Shown here piece after piece: positions 52,023 to 64,000 of a stretch of 64,000 bases of DNA. Numbering within the stretch: position 1 is the first letter of the stretch; every line of letters begins with the position of its first letter. Source of the DNA: Harriotta raleighana. Its lineage: Eukaryota. Position numbers and translations under genes: made by a program. The notes under the pieces are model-generated. The model worked only from the letters and a program-made list of their open reading frames with translations. It searched no databases and had not been told where the DNA came from. The stretch lies in the NCBI GenBank assembly GCA_050575255.1, contig JBNZDD010013638.1:1135726-1199725 (forward strand), written 5' to 3'.

Positions 52023-53619
52023 TGATTTTTTATCCCCTCAAGAGCTAAGGAATGTAATATGTGAAGTGCTCATTTCATAATAATAATTATATATAAGAAT
52101 AATCCTTGCATTTGATGTAGCGGCTTATCACAACAACAAAATTACATTCATAGAGCGCCTTTCACGTCGGGAGGACATCTGAAAACAATTCACAGAATAA
52201 ACTTTAATGGTAATTGACTGTACGTTTTGTGAGCAAAGTGCGGATCAAATATCCCACATCGATTGACCAAATTTTAAAAAGTGGGTTATTATATGTTTTT
52301 GTTCTTTTAAAGAAAGTCCTGAAGTGCTATAATTAAAGCGTTTGGTTGGGGGTGCAAGAGAAAGGATGCAATTCCAAAATAAAAAAAATAAAAAATTCTG
52401 CGATAAATTTACGAGAGTAGAAATACATTCAAACCTTATATTGCCACATTATCAAAACTGCCTTTGGAGAAAAATCGATTTTGTGTGTTTTTTTTTCAAA
52501 ACAAATCTTGGGTATGATCCAAAAATGTAGCACTTGTTCTCAGTTTAGTGAGGAATAAAGAATGTGTCAAAGCCATGTGACTTTATTACCTCAGCAACTT
52601 TACAAACAGCGACAACAAAGCTGCTTACAAAAGTGAAAATCCATCTCCTCAGCTCTGCTGCTAGAGTTTCTCTCACTGCTTCTTTCAGCACCTGTCAGCA
52701 AGTTGACCTTTTCTGATTTTAAAATGTACTGCAGTGTGAGCTTTGATGTGATTCTTATCTTACTCTTTTTTTTAGCGATAGTTATCCTTCGTCTAATGTT
52801 GTGTACTTTGTTTTAACTGTACCCACTTGATATTTATCTTCATCCTCTCCTCGTTTGCTTCTTTGGTCACGCTTTTGTCCACTACGCTCCAAAACTCTGG
52901 AACACTCTCCCTCAATCCCTTTGCCTTGCCCCCTCTCTCCCGCCTGAAAATCTTCCTCTTCGACTATACAACTCGGAGTCAGGCTCCACCACTGTTAAGT
53001 GCTCTGAGACGCTATCCTGCGTGGATGGTGCTATATTAAGTGCAAGTTATTGTTGTTCTTTTCCTCGCTTCAACTCTATCCTCTCTTGCAACTTCTTTCT
53101 TTCTCTCTCCACTCTGTTTTCCTCTTCCTCCTTCAACCCCACCTTTTCTGTTTTCGTTCATTCCTTTATTTCTTTCTCTTTTTCCCTCCTCCTGTCTCTC
53201 TCCTTTCTCCTGTTCCTGCTTTGATCTTCTTCTTTGGCTGCTTGATCTCAGCAATACCTCCCGATAACAGAGATTGATATTAAAAGGGTAAATATGCCAA
53301 CACCTGACAGCTTTCTGATTTTAAAAATAAGCAAAATAATGTCTCCAGTGGATCAAGACTTTGGTCTTCCTATTACAGAGTTTATTGAGCTTCAATCGTT
53401 GCACAATTTGAAAAGGCAATCTTTTTTGTTAGTTGGTTGCTTACAATATATTCTGTGAAGCACTTTGAGACATCTAGAAGACATGAAAAGCTCTATATCG
53501 AATGCAAGGATTGTTATTATTATTATTACCTGTTAATAGTTTCCAGCACATTATTAACAGGATTCTTTTTCATCCAAAAAGAATAGTGCATAGTTTCTCT
53601 GAGGTGATGTTCAGGGGAT

Positions 53620-53928
53620 ATAATAATATAATCCTTACATTTGATATAGCGCTTTTCACATCTTATCGACGTCTCAAAGAGCTTTACAGAATATACTCTA
53701 AAGTGAATTGACTGTTTATTTGTGGGCAAAACGCGGCAGCCAATTGCACATAGCAGTGTCCCACAAACAGTCGGGGATTCAAATGACCAATTTTTATTAT
53801 TGTTGTTTTTTTTGGAGGGATTATGGAATAAGGAAACTTGCTCAAGGTTTCTCTCTGATCTACCTGGATTCGAACACAGGTCTCACGCTTGTAAGGCGAG
53901 TGCAGTAATCACTGAGCTACGGGAGCTC
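53620..53928 (-). mobile_element. tRNA-derived SINE, full length
   Basis: Same layout as the copy at 8664-8991. Confidence 0.88.
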
Positions 53929-54284
53929 TTAACACTTGTAATGAATATAGTTAAGTATTTCTAAATACAATCATCATCATTCTTCCACTATTTCAGTTGT
54001 TGGACCAGTGCACAGCAAAAACCATACACAGGGGTACAGTAACATGATTTTGTGGACACCGGGTAGCTGTTGTGGGAAGCTTTTCTAATCTCAGTCTGGG
54101 TATATCCTGATCTGTGGAGCCAGTTCATTCATTTGGTTCATCACCATTTTTCATAGGTAGGCTCAGTTAGTGTTAGCCTAGGACGCATCAACATAGTTAA
54201 TTAACTTTGAGCAGCCTTTGTGTCTTTGATTCTTTAAAAATCTTTCAGTCCTTTGGACTGTGGTGCCACCCTGGCACTGTTTCT

Positions 54285-55175
54285 TTTTTGGTTAGCCTGC
54301 TGTGGTCATGCGGAAACCCATCATCAACAACAACAAAAATTACATTTATAGAGCAACTTTCACGTCGCGAGGACGTCCCAAGGTGCTGAACAATCAGGTC
54401 AGGATGTGAGCAAGAGAGAGGGGCGGGAGAGAGTTAGGAGGGGAGGGAGATATTTGGGAGGGCAGTAGAAGGCTCGTCGAAGAGGAGGGTCTTGAGACTG
54501 GTTTTGAAGGAGGCGAGAGAGGGGGCGATGTGAAGGGGACTATAGGATGGAGTTCCAGAGTGTGGGAGCAGAGAGGCTGAAAGCCCATCCGCTGATGGTA
54601 AAGCGGGTCAGGTGGGGTACATGGAGCAGACCCGAGCCCGCTGAACGGAGGGGGTGGGGAGGTTCATAGGGGGACCGCATGTCGGAGAGGTAGTGAGGGG
54701 CAAGGCCGTGAATGGCCTTGAAGGTGTGGACGAGGATCTGGATGATCTGCAGCTTGTGAAGTGAAGAACCAGGAAGGCTGATGAGGAGGGAGTTTCCATA
54801 GTCGAGCCTCGATGTGACGCATCGCCATGCTTAAGAGTATCCTATCCAGACTGCAAATTCCATGCATCCCATCTATACATGGAAATTCCAGAGATAGATT
54901 GTTGAAATTTAATTGCGCACTCCCTTCCTGGAGAGACACATCCTGTTTACCTAATTGCAGAAAATATTAGGTGCAGGTTGGCAAAGCCAAGGCATGGGGA
55001 GTGTGTGTTGGCAGTACTGCTGGAGTCTAACCAGCTAAAGCTGCACAGTTTGCCATTGACGTTACTGACTGGCAAAACTTTCCGCTGCTTGTCCAGCTAG
55101 GACCACCCTACCTTTTAGGGCTTTGGCTTGCAGGATTAATAGGAGCTGAGTGTGATAATTCCCTGCACCAGTGAC
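54285..55175 (-). mobile_element. Family X repeat, copy 6, split by an L2 fragment (about 54326-54815)
   Basis: ttttggttagcc...gcggaaacccatcatc | L2 insert | atcgccatgcttaagagtatcc... The family motif resumes where it broke off. Confidence 0.65.
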
Positions 55176-55180
55176 TAGAC

Positions 55181-55497
55181 CAATGGTTCCCAACCTTTTT
55201 TTGCTGCGACCTAAATTAGCCACCAACAAGTCCTCCCGATCCTTAGGGGAGAACGACATCGCGACTGAAGCAAAGCTCAGCCAAGACGATATCTCTGTCA
55301 CTTTTGTGGACTCAATGCATCTCGTAAGAACGGTCTTTCATACAAATTGGTGGGTGGTGTCGCCTCGGGCACTTTTTTTTTAGCATTAAAAAAGCATTTT
55401 CAGCATTAAAAAAAGCAACAACAAAAAAATTCTGATGACCCTTCGCAACCCAACTGAGGACCCCTGCGACCCTGATTTGGGTCGGGACCTGAGGTTT
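55181..55497. mobile_element. hAT-Charlie-like MITE, right TIR eroded
   Basis: Homologous throughout to 31743-32055. Confidence 0.8.
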
Positions 55498-55899
55498 GTA
55501 CCCTAGAGTGGCAAACCCAGGGGCCCTAGCATGGCAAGCCTGCTGGTTCATTCCCAAGTTGAATTTGTTGAGCTTTTCACGTCATCCATTGTTTTGAGGT
55601 TTTCACAGTCTAGCTTGGGCTGTTCTCTGACTGAGAGGGAAACCTCTTAGTCAGAGAACAGAAAGCTCCTGGAAACTAGCCACATTGGGCTGCTCCAATC
55701 CTGTCCATTCCTCTGTTTGGTGTGCAAATTCTTGTCACCCGACCAACCAGATGAACATTGTTAAATATTAATGGCTATTGGAATTGCTATGCAACTCCCT
55801 TGGAACGACATTTGTGTAAACACGTCCTGGATAACATTTTTTTATCTTGCATTCAATTGCGTTAGCAGACGTTTTCCAGAAATTATTTGTTCTGTTTGA

Positions 55900-56170
55900 T
55901 TCAAATGAGCTGTTAAACTGATGCCTCGCCTGCCTGTTCAGGCGGACATTGAAGATCCCTTGGCACTACTTGAAAAGAGAAGGGAGTTTCTCCTGGTGTC
56001 CTGGCCAACAAATCCCCAAATAAAATTGATCATTCATTTTCATGGATGTTTGAAGGACATTGCTGAGTATAGTTTGGCTTGCCTACAAATGTACACATCA
56101 CCACACTTCACAGTAAATCCTCTGAAGTGCTTTGAGGTGTCCATCCAATGTAAAAGGTTCTATACCAAAT
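55900..56170 (+). mobile_element. Old Deu-domain SINE, 3' part
   Basis: ctgttcaggcggacattgaagatcccttggcactacttgaaaagagaagggagtttctcctggtgtcctggccaac. Confidence 0.7.
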
Positions 56171-56359
56171 TATCATCATTTGTTTGGGGACTTCCTTTTT
56201 CTCCACCCCCCACCCACCCCATCAATTTTGTTTACTACCAATGTAAAGGCCCCAAAATAAAGGCAAGTTGCTTTTATGCGATAAAGAGGGAGACACATAC
56301 ACATACAAGGAGAGAGAGATAGACACACATACATACACAGAACAAGATACTCAGAGAGA

Positions 56360-56828
56360 GAGTCCTGTAATTTAGTGGTTAGAGCGCTTGCCTCATAAGC
56401 AAGGGTACCTGGATTCAATCCCTGGGCAGGACAGGGCGAAATACACACACACCATTATTTACCAGTCAATTTTTCCTACTCCTTTCCCTGAGCCCCCCCC
56501 CCCCCCCCCACTTGGCTGTACAGCGCTTTGGGACGTCCTCCCGACGTGAAAGGCGCTATATAAATAAAATTTTGATTGATTGATTGAAAGTAGAAACCTG
56601 CTTGCTAGTTGATTGATTACTTTCTGGGGGTAATAATCCCTCCAAAATAATAATAATAATGTGCTCACTCAATCCATAACTGTGGGACGTTACTGTGTGC
56701 AATTGGCTGCCGCATGTCGCCCACAGTACACACAGTCATTGCGCTTTATAGTGCATGTTGTGAAGCGCTTTGGCACGTCTCAGAAGACGTGATAAGGCAC
56801 TATACCAAATGCAAGGATTATTATTATT
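56360..56828 (+). mobile_element. tRNA-derived SINE with an internal L2-type tail insertion
   Basis: Head at 56360-56440; insert ending gcgctttgggacgtcctcccgacgtgaaaggcgctatataaat(tgat)n; the body resumes at about 56590. Confidence 0.7.
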
Positions 56829-58360
56829 CTCGCCTGAAGTCAGTCATTCCAAGATGTACTATAGGCACTCCTTGTATATTGCTCAAGCGGCCACATCCTT
56901 AGCATAAGTGACTGGGTAGTGAGCAATTAAAAACTACTTGAACCCCAATAATGTGCAGCCTTGTTTCACCACATCAGAACCATAAACCACAAAAGATTAG
57001 CCTCACAAATGTCCAAATAGCCTTTAGGTTTCTTTTTTTGTCCATGTAAGTTTCTATTCTTGTTGGGAGTCTTTTAGAGCATAAATTTAGATTTTTCTAA
57101 TTTGACGAGAGATACCCCATCCCCAACACTCCACCCCCAACACCCCATGCCTGACCTCCTGCTTCGATCCAACAACATTTTCATTGCCAAAATCCACAAA
57201 GTCAGGTCACCCATTCAGCTGCTGTTTAGTTGGGATTGTATTTTCCCTCTTGAGCTTTGTGTTTTAGTAAAAGACCTTGATCCGCAAGTCGGAAGTTGAA
57301 TATGTGACCCGTTTCACAGCCCAGCTGTCGAGTGTGAGGGAGAAACTCAGTGTCGTATCCCGAGTACAGCAAATTTCTAAATTGAATAGACCCGAATATT
57401 ATTGAAGAGTGGGTGGCTTGGTGTGCCTAATGAAGTGTAAAAGTCTTAGCAATTCAACCTTGTAATATGTGTTGCAATACTCATATGGGAAGGGAGTTGA
57501 TGTGACCTGTTTAGAGGTTGGCTGATGACCTGGTGCTTCACAGAGCGATAGGACCTGGAGCCAAAGTTTCTGTTTAAATTTCTCTTATCCGCTCCCAGGG
57601 GCCCAGTTAGCTGTGGCTGTAAAAGTTTGGAAGGAGGGAGGGATTTTGATTTCTGAGTTATCCAACTCTATGTGCCTAGTAGCAGAGCAGCACAGGAGGA
57701 TTGGGGTGGATTGATTACTGTGGTGCGAAGAGACTGGCAAAGAAAAGGCGCCTAAATATATTTAATTTAAAAAAAACATATGAATTCATCTGCTCGTTGG
57801 TGCGAGTAATGTGCGTGTTGATATGCCTGGTGACCGGATGACCCCAAAATAGGTTATTTTGCAGTTTCACTCACAAAATGTACAGTCAATTTACAATATA
57901 TTCTGTGAAGCACTTTGATACATCTCAAAGATGTGATAAGGCACTATATCAAATGTAAAGATTATTTTTATTAGGTTGTTATCAGATTGTTGGACTATGG
58001 AACCACCACCACAGAGGTGAGGCTTGTTCTTACCTATTATCATTGTGCACATGTCAGATCAGAAGCAGTAATCCTGTTTGATTTTATGGTCCTGGTCAGA
58101 GGCTTTTAAGGCCCTTTTTTTTGCTGGCCAGGCTAAGACTTTAAGCTGTTTAGTTCCATTTTCACTCAATGCATCGTCTTTACTAACCAAGAAATTGGTG
58201 AAGTTTTGTAGCTGTTTTATTTAGCGCCTAGAATGTGTTTATGGCTTCCTACTGGAAATGTTTATTATTGGGTTCCAAGTCTTTGTGGGGTGTGCGATGC
58301 AGGGGAGACTTGTGGCCTCTATCATCCGTCACATTGGTCAACTGTAAAGTAATTGTTTAA

Positions 58361-58558
<198 letters not shown>

Positions 58559-59299
58559 TAATGTGACATTACATAGGATGACACTATTTAATTGTCTGCA
58601 TCTGGTGCTGGTTGTGGGTGTTGTGATCGCTGACAACTTGCTGTGTGTCTTTTTTTGTGCAGTCAGTGGATTTGCAACTGTGCTACTTCTAGTTTGAATG
58701 CTCTTACATTCATCAAATATCTTAACGCCACCATAAATCTAAATTTGGATGTGGTGCATACTAATTATAAATATGCTAGTGGCTGCATCTTGTGCCTTGC
58801 ATGCTTTTTCCCCCTATTGCCAAAGGATTTATGTGATCAAACCTACTTTCAGAAGCATTTCTGAGCTGATGCACTTAAGCTTTTTTGACAGTATTTATAA
58901 GATAATCCTTATATCTGATATAGTATTTTTCATATCAGGAGGATGTCTCAAAGCGCTTCACATTATTCACTCTAATGTGTAGTGTCTATATATTTTGTAT
59001 GCGAAAAAGGCAACCACTTTGCACCCAGTAATGTTCCAGAAAACAGCAATCAAGTGAATGACTAATTTTATTTGGAGGATTGTTGACCAGGACACAGGGG
59101 AAAAACTCCCATTTTCAGTTGAGAGAAAGATGCAGCAAATATAACAAAAACTGCCATTTAATATTATAGTTTTAAGTTTACAATGTGAATGGAATCCAAA
59201 GCAATTTTTCTTAAGAGTTTCTTTCTAGGAAACCAGTTATACTGCTCTTCTGCAAATTATTGAGTCATTGCTCAGGCTAAAACAAACCCTCAAAGGGGT

Positions 59300-60235
59300 A
59301 TCATAGAATCTTACAGCACAAAAGGAGGCCATTCGTCCCATCGAGTCTGTGCCGGCTCTTTAAAAAGAGCAATTTAATCCCACTCTCCAGCTCTCTCCGC
59401 ATAACCTCGCAAACCGGTCCTCCCCAAATAAATGTCTACCTCTCTTTTAAAAGTTGTTATCGAATCGGCCTCCACCACCTTTTCAGGCAATGCATTCCAG
59501 ATTTGAACAACTCGCTGAGTGAAAACATTTCTCCTCATCTCCCCTCTGCTTCTTTTTGAAACTATTTTAAATCTATGACCACAAGTCACTGATATACGCC
59601 CACCAGTGGAAACAGTTTTTCCCTATCTACTATGTCGGATCCCCCCATGACCTTAAAAATCTCTTATTAGGTCTCCTCGCAACCTTCTCTGTTCCAATGA
59701 GAATAAACCTAACCTCTCTAGCCTTTCCTCATAGCTGAAGATCTTCATTCCTGGTGCCATCCTAGTAAATCTCCTCTGTCCCCTTTCCAATGCCTTAACA
59801 TCCTTCCTAAAGTGTGGTGACCAGAATTGTACACAGTATTCTAGCTGAGGCCAAACAAAAGTTTTATAGAATTTAGTCAGAAATTCCTGAGTTTTGTACT
59901 CTATGCCTCTGTTTATAAAGCCTAGTATCCCATATGCTTTTTTGACGTCTTGTTTATCTGTCCTGTCACCTTTAAAGAATCACTCACACAAACCACCAAG
60001 TCTCTCTGTTCCTTCACACCCCTTAAAATTGTACTATCTAGCCTATATCGCCTCCCCTAATTTCTCCTCCAAAATGCATCACCTCACATTTCTCTACATT
60101 TCTCTACTTCATCTGCCATGTGTCTGACCATTTCACCATTCTGTCTATATCTTCTTGCAGATGACTACTATCCTCTTTACTATTTACTATTTTTCCGAAC
60201 TTTGTGTCATCTGCAAACTTCAAAATGGTACTCCC
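59300..60235 (-). mobile_element. CR1 LINE 3' portion
   Basis: Minus ORF TCGHRFKI...RRNVFTQRVVQIWNALPEKVVEADSITTFKREVDIYL is the canonical CR1 ORF2 C-terminus; terminus catagaatcttacagcac. Confidence 0.92.
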
Positions 60236-60289
60236 TATACTCCCTATAGATTTCTGCTTCTCTTCTCATGCCTTTCTCCTTCATGTTCC

Positions 60290-61031
<742 letters not shown>

Positions 61032-61387
61032 TGATTACACCCACAAACCTGAGGCATGACAATTAATCACGTTTTCGGTGCTCATGTCTTTGGTTAGAGT
61101 CAAAACCTGATCAGATCATATGGATTTATTTGAAGTACCATATTACTACTATCACAAAAAAGCATTGAAATGCTGTTCAGTTTTCTGTCCAACGTGAGCC
61201 TGCAATTTCTCAAGGTGTCAGTCAGCCTTGAAATCATTAATAACATTAAAGATATGCCACAGGACTTGCAAAGGAAAATGCTTAATTTCAGTCTTTATTT
61301 GGAAAACCAGATTCCACATTGAGATTGAAATTGAAGGACTTTCCCAAATTCTCTATGAATCTATGTTTTTCAAGATAATGATTTTTT

Positions 61388-61712
61388 TGACCACAAAATA
61401 TACGGTCAATTCACTGTACAGTATATTCTGTGAAGTGGCTTTGAGATGTCTCAGAGATATGATAAGCAGCTATATCAAATGCAAGGATTATTATATGTTA
61501 TCCTTTTGTATAGTTCTGTAGCTCAGTGGTTAGAGCACTTGCCTTGCAAGGGAGAGACCTAGGCTCAATTCCTGGCAAGGCGAAACCATGGGCATGTTTC
61601 CTTACTCCACAAGCTTGATAATAATCCCTCAAGAAAAAAAAACTAATAAATTAGTCACTTCAATCCATGACGTGACACTACTGTGCGCAATTGGCTACTG
61701 CGTTGTGCCCAC
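61388..61712 (+). mobile_element. SINE tail (61388-61495) followed by a second, tail-less SINE (61513-61712)
   Basis: Family tail, then head gttctgtagctcagtggttagagcac. Confidence 0.75.
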
Positions 61713-62151
61713 AAAGTCAACTCATTTTGTGTTGGGGAATTACGGGCCTCCAGTGTATTACGTTGGCTGAACAAACAACAATAATTTTGCTTTAGTTCAT
61801 GATTTCACTCTGTTCCAGGAGGGTTTCGTCAGGTATTTACAACCCCATCATCTGACTTCATTGATCCCCAATAGATTTAGCCACGTACCTTCTTCAAGTA
61901 AAATGTCTTTGTCTGATTATAAACCTAAGCACTACCTTTACTACCATTACCCCAAAGTCGTATGGGTTAAAGTAAGTTTTGAATGGTGTCATCACTGTAA
62001 TAGCACTAAATCCTGAACATCAGCACTGGATGTATGGATTTATATTTTAAACTAATTCTGTTCTCAGAAGTTTTCCAACCATGACTGCTGCTCAATAACC
62101 CTCGGCCTCTACGTTCCTGAATGGGATCTACACACCTGGTTTCCTGCTGCA

Positions 62152-62306
62152 AATAATAATAATATATAATCCTTGCATTTAATATAGCACCTTATCATGT
62201 TGTAGAGATGTTTCAAAATGCTTCTCAGAATATACTGTAAAGTGGATTGACTGTGTATTTTGTGGGCGAAATGGGGCAGTTGAGCACAGCAGTGTCCCAC
62301 GAACAG
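62152..62306 (-). mobile_element. SINE 3' half
   Basis: Family tail and body motif. Confidence 0.75.
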
Positions 62307-62564
62307 TCTACCTACAGGAACCCCTTCACTACTGTGACCCAACAGCTCTACTTCGAGATGCTCAAGCCAGAGCATTGTATCAACTCAGCTGCCTTGAATG
62401 ACAGCAGCCAACGAGACAGATTTTCCTGCCCTCTTTGACAACAAGCTGCATTTATTTATTAATCTATTTATGAACTTTAATTTGTGCGGCGTTCATAGTA
62501 TCTTGTAGCGCAGAGCATTGTACACTTTGAACCAATGTGAAACCGGGTTTCTGTTGCTCTGTAG

Positions 62565-62686
62565 AAGGGGAGGAGGAGGAAGAGGATGAGGAGGAAGAAG
62601 ATGGTGAAGAAGAATTTGATGATGAGGAAGATGAAGACGAGGAGGAAGGAGAGGAAGATGAAGATGATGTGAGCGGAGAGGAAGAG
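62565..62686 (+). CDS. ANP32B: ANP32B coding exon 5 (low-complexity acidic region)
   Basis: ctctgtAG acceptor; 122 nt that restore frame after the phase-1 exon 4; almost entirely E/D; GTGAGA donor. The remaining exons with the KRKR NLS and stop codon are not in the window. Confidence 0.9.
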
Positions 62687-63527
62687 GTGAGACCCGAATT
62701 GATTTTTTTTAAAATAAGTTTGTCCACGGAACTTTGTAGTTTTAAAACTTTACTGTTTTCCCTTGAGAAAGTTGTCTTTGATTCTTCTACTTGCTAATTA
62801 AATTCTACCTCTAAAACCAGTGTAAAACAATCAAGAGATGAGAATTCTGAATGTCACTGTCCTATGCCTGGTAATGTACAATGATGGAGGTGTTTATTTG
62901 CATCTCTTGGTGGTAAGTGTGTCAGGTCCTCTGAATGTCAGCAAATTTACCAACATTATGCAATCACCTGATTAGGAATCGCCACCATTCAGTTGCTGGG
63001 GCAGGGAAGATTTTGTTAATTAATTAATAACTAACGTTCGGTAATAATGGTGTACAGCAATAGAAACCGTTGACTGGAGAATAAGCAAAGATCAAAACGA
63101 GGCTATAGACATCTATTTGAAGTAAGCAAACCTAGGAGAGCATTTTACGTGCAAAATATTTTCTTCGTACTTTGTTCTCTGTATGCCCCGGTGCTTTTTA
63201 ATCATTCCAAACCTGGGCACATCTGCGCCAGAAGAAGATTGCCTCATTATAACACTTAATATTGCCTCTGTCAGAATATCCTCCTGGCCAACCTCAGTTT
63301 CTTCTCCGTCGAGAGATATTACAGCAAGGAGACAGGCTTTGCCTGAAGTGACTCCATTTAATTTAACAAGGTTGATGGCACCCACACCAGTTCAAAGTAC
63401 CAGTCACTTGGAACGCAAAGAGAGGTGTGTTTTACTTGTTGGGATTTTCCTTGGAACTTGTCTTACTGGAGGATTTGACGGTTGGAAAGTGAGAGTTATT
63501 TGCTGGAGATAACGTTTTAATTATGGA

Positions 63528-63850
63528 GTGGAGCTCCTGTGGCTCAGTGGTTAGAGCACTTGCCTTTCAAGCGTGAGACCTATGTTTGAATCCAGGCAGA
63601 TCAGGGCGCAACCTTGGGCAAGTTTCCTTACTCCACACCCCTAATAATAATCCCTCCAAAAAAACCCACAATAATAAAATTGGTCATTTCAATCCATGAC
63701 TGTTTGTGGGACACTGCTGTGCGCAATTGGCTGCCGCGTTCCGCCCACAAATATACAGTCAATTCACTTTACAGTACATTCTGTGAAGCGCTTTGAGACG
63801 TCGATAAGATGTAAAAGCACTACATCAAATGCAAGGATTATTATTATTAT
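63528..63850 (+). mobile_element. tRNA-derived SINE, full length
   Basis: A box TGGCTCAGTGG, degenerate B box gtttgaatcc, body gtttgtgggacactgctgtgcgcaattggctgccgcg, (att)n tail. Confidence 0.92.
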
Positions 63851-64000
63851 ATAAGAAGGTGCTTCTTCTGTAGCTTGGGGAAGTGCTTTAAACATCAAAT
63901 TGCTTTTCACTCCGCAGAATTGTTCACTTAAATAATGTCAGTCAATCCCTTGGAACATGTGGGTTATTGTATGAAAAACTATGCTGACAGGCCAGCAGTA

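Noticed and set aside
63113-63512. Overlapping 90- and 109-aa ORFs downstream of exon 5
   Set aside because: Not acidic and lacks the KRKR NLS, so not ANP32B exon 6; no recognisable homology.

Overview
Vertebrate genomic DNA, most likely from a cartilaginous fish (inferred from the repeat content: tRNA-headed/Deu-type SINEs, shark-type CR1 ends, L2 fragments). The only protein-coding gene I can firmly support is ANP32B on the + strand. Coding exons 1-5 lie at 21327-21380, 51843-51992, 58400-58522, 60684-60879 and 62565-62686 (215 codons, all GT-AG, phases consistent); the last exons lie beyond the window. The rest is intergenic or intronic and packed with SINEs, L2 and CR1 fragments, Tigger/pogo-type and hAT MITEs and microsatellites. 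Five single-'n' joins are present; four are flanked by near-identical duplications that look like assembly artefacts. Points worth a second look: a degenerate minimal hammerhead ribozyme in a Penelope-type remnant (207-243); a possible spliced upstream exon pair with a 54-codon uORF feeding the ANP32B ATG exon; a dense TF-motif cluster at 12.4 kb; an unassigned old retroposon with about 6 copies; a ~100-nt foldback inside a MITE; and tandem NAGNAG acceptors in ANP32B. No novel multi-gene system is demonstrable from the sequence alone.
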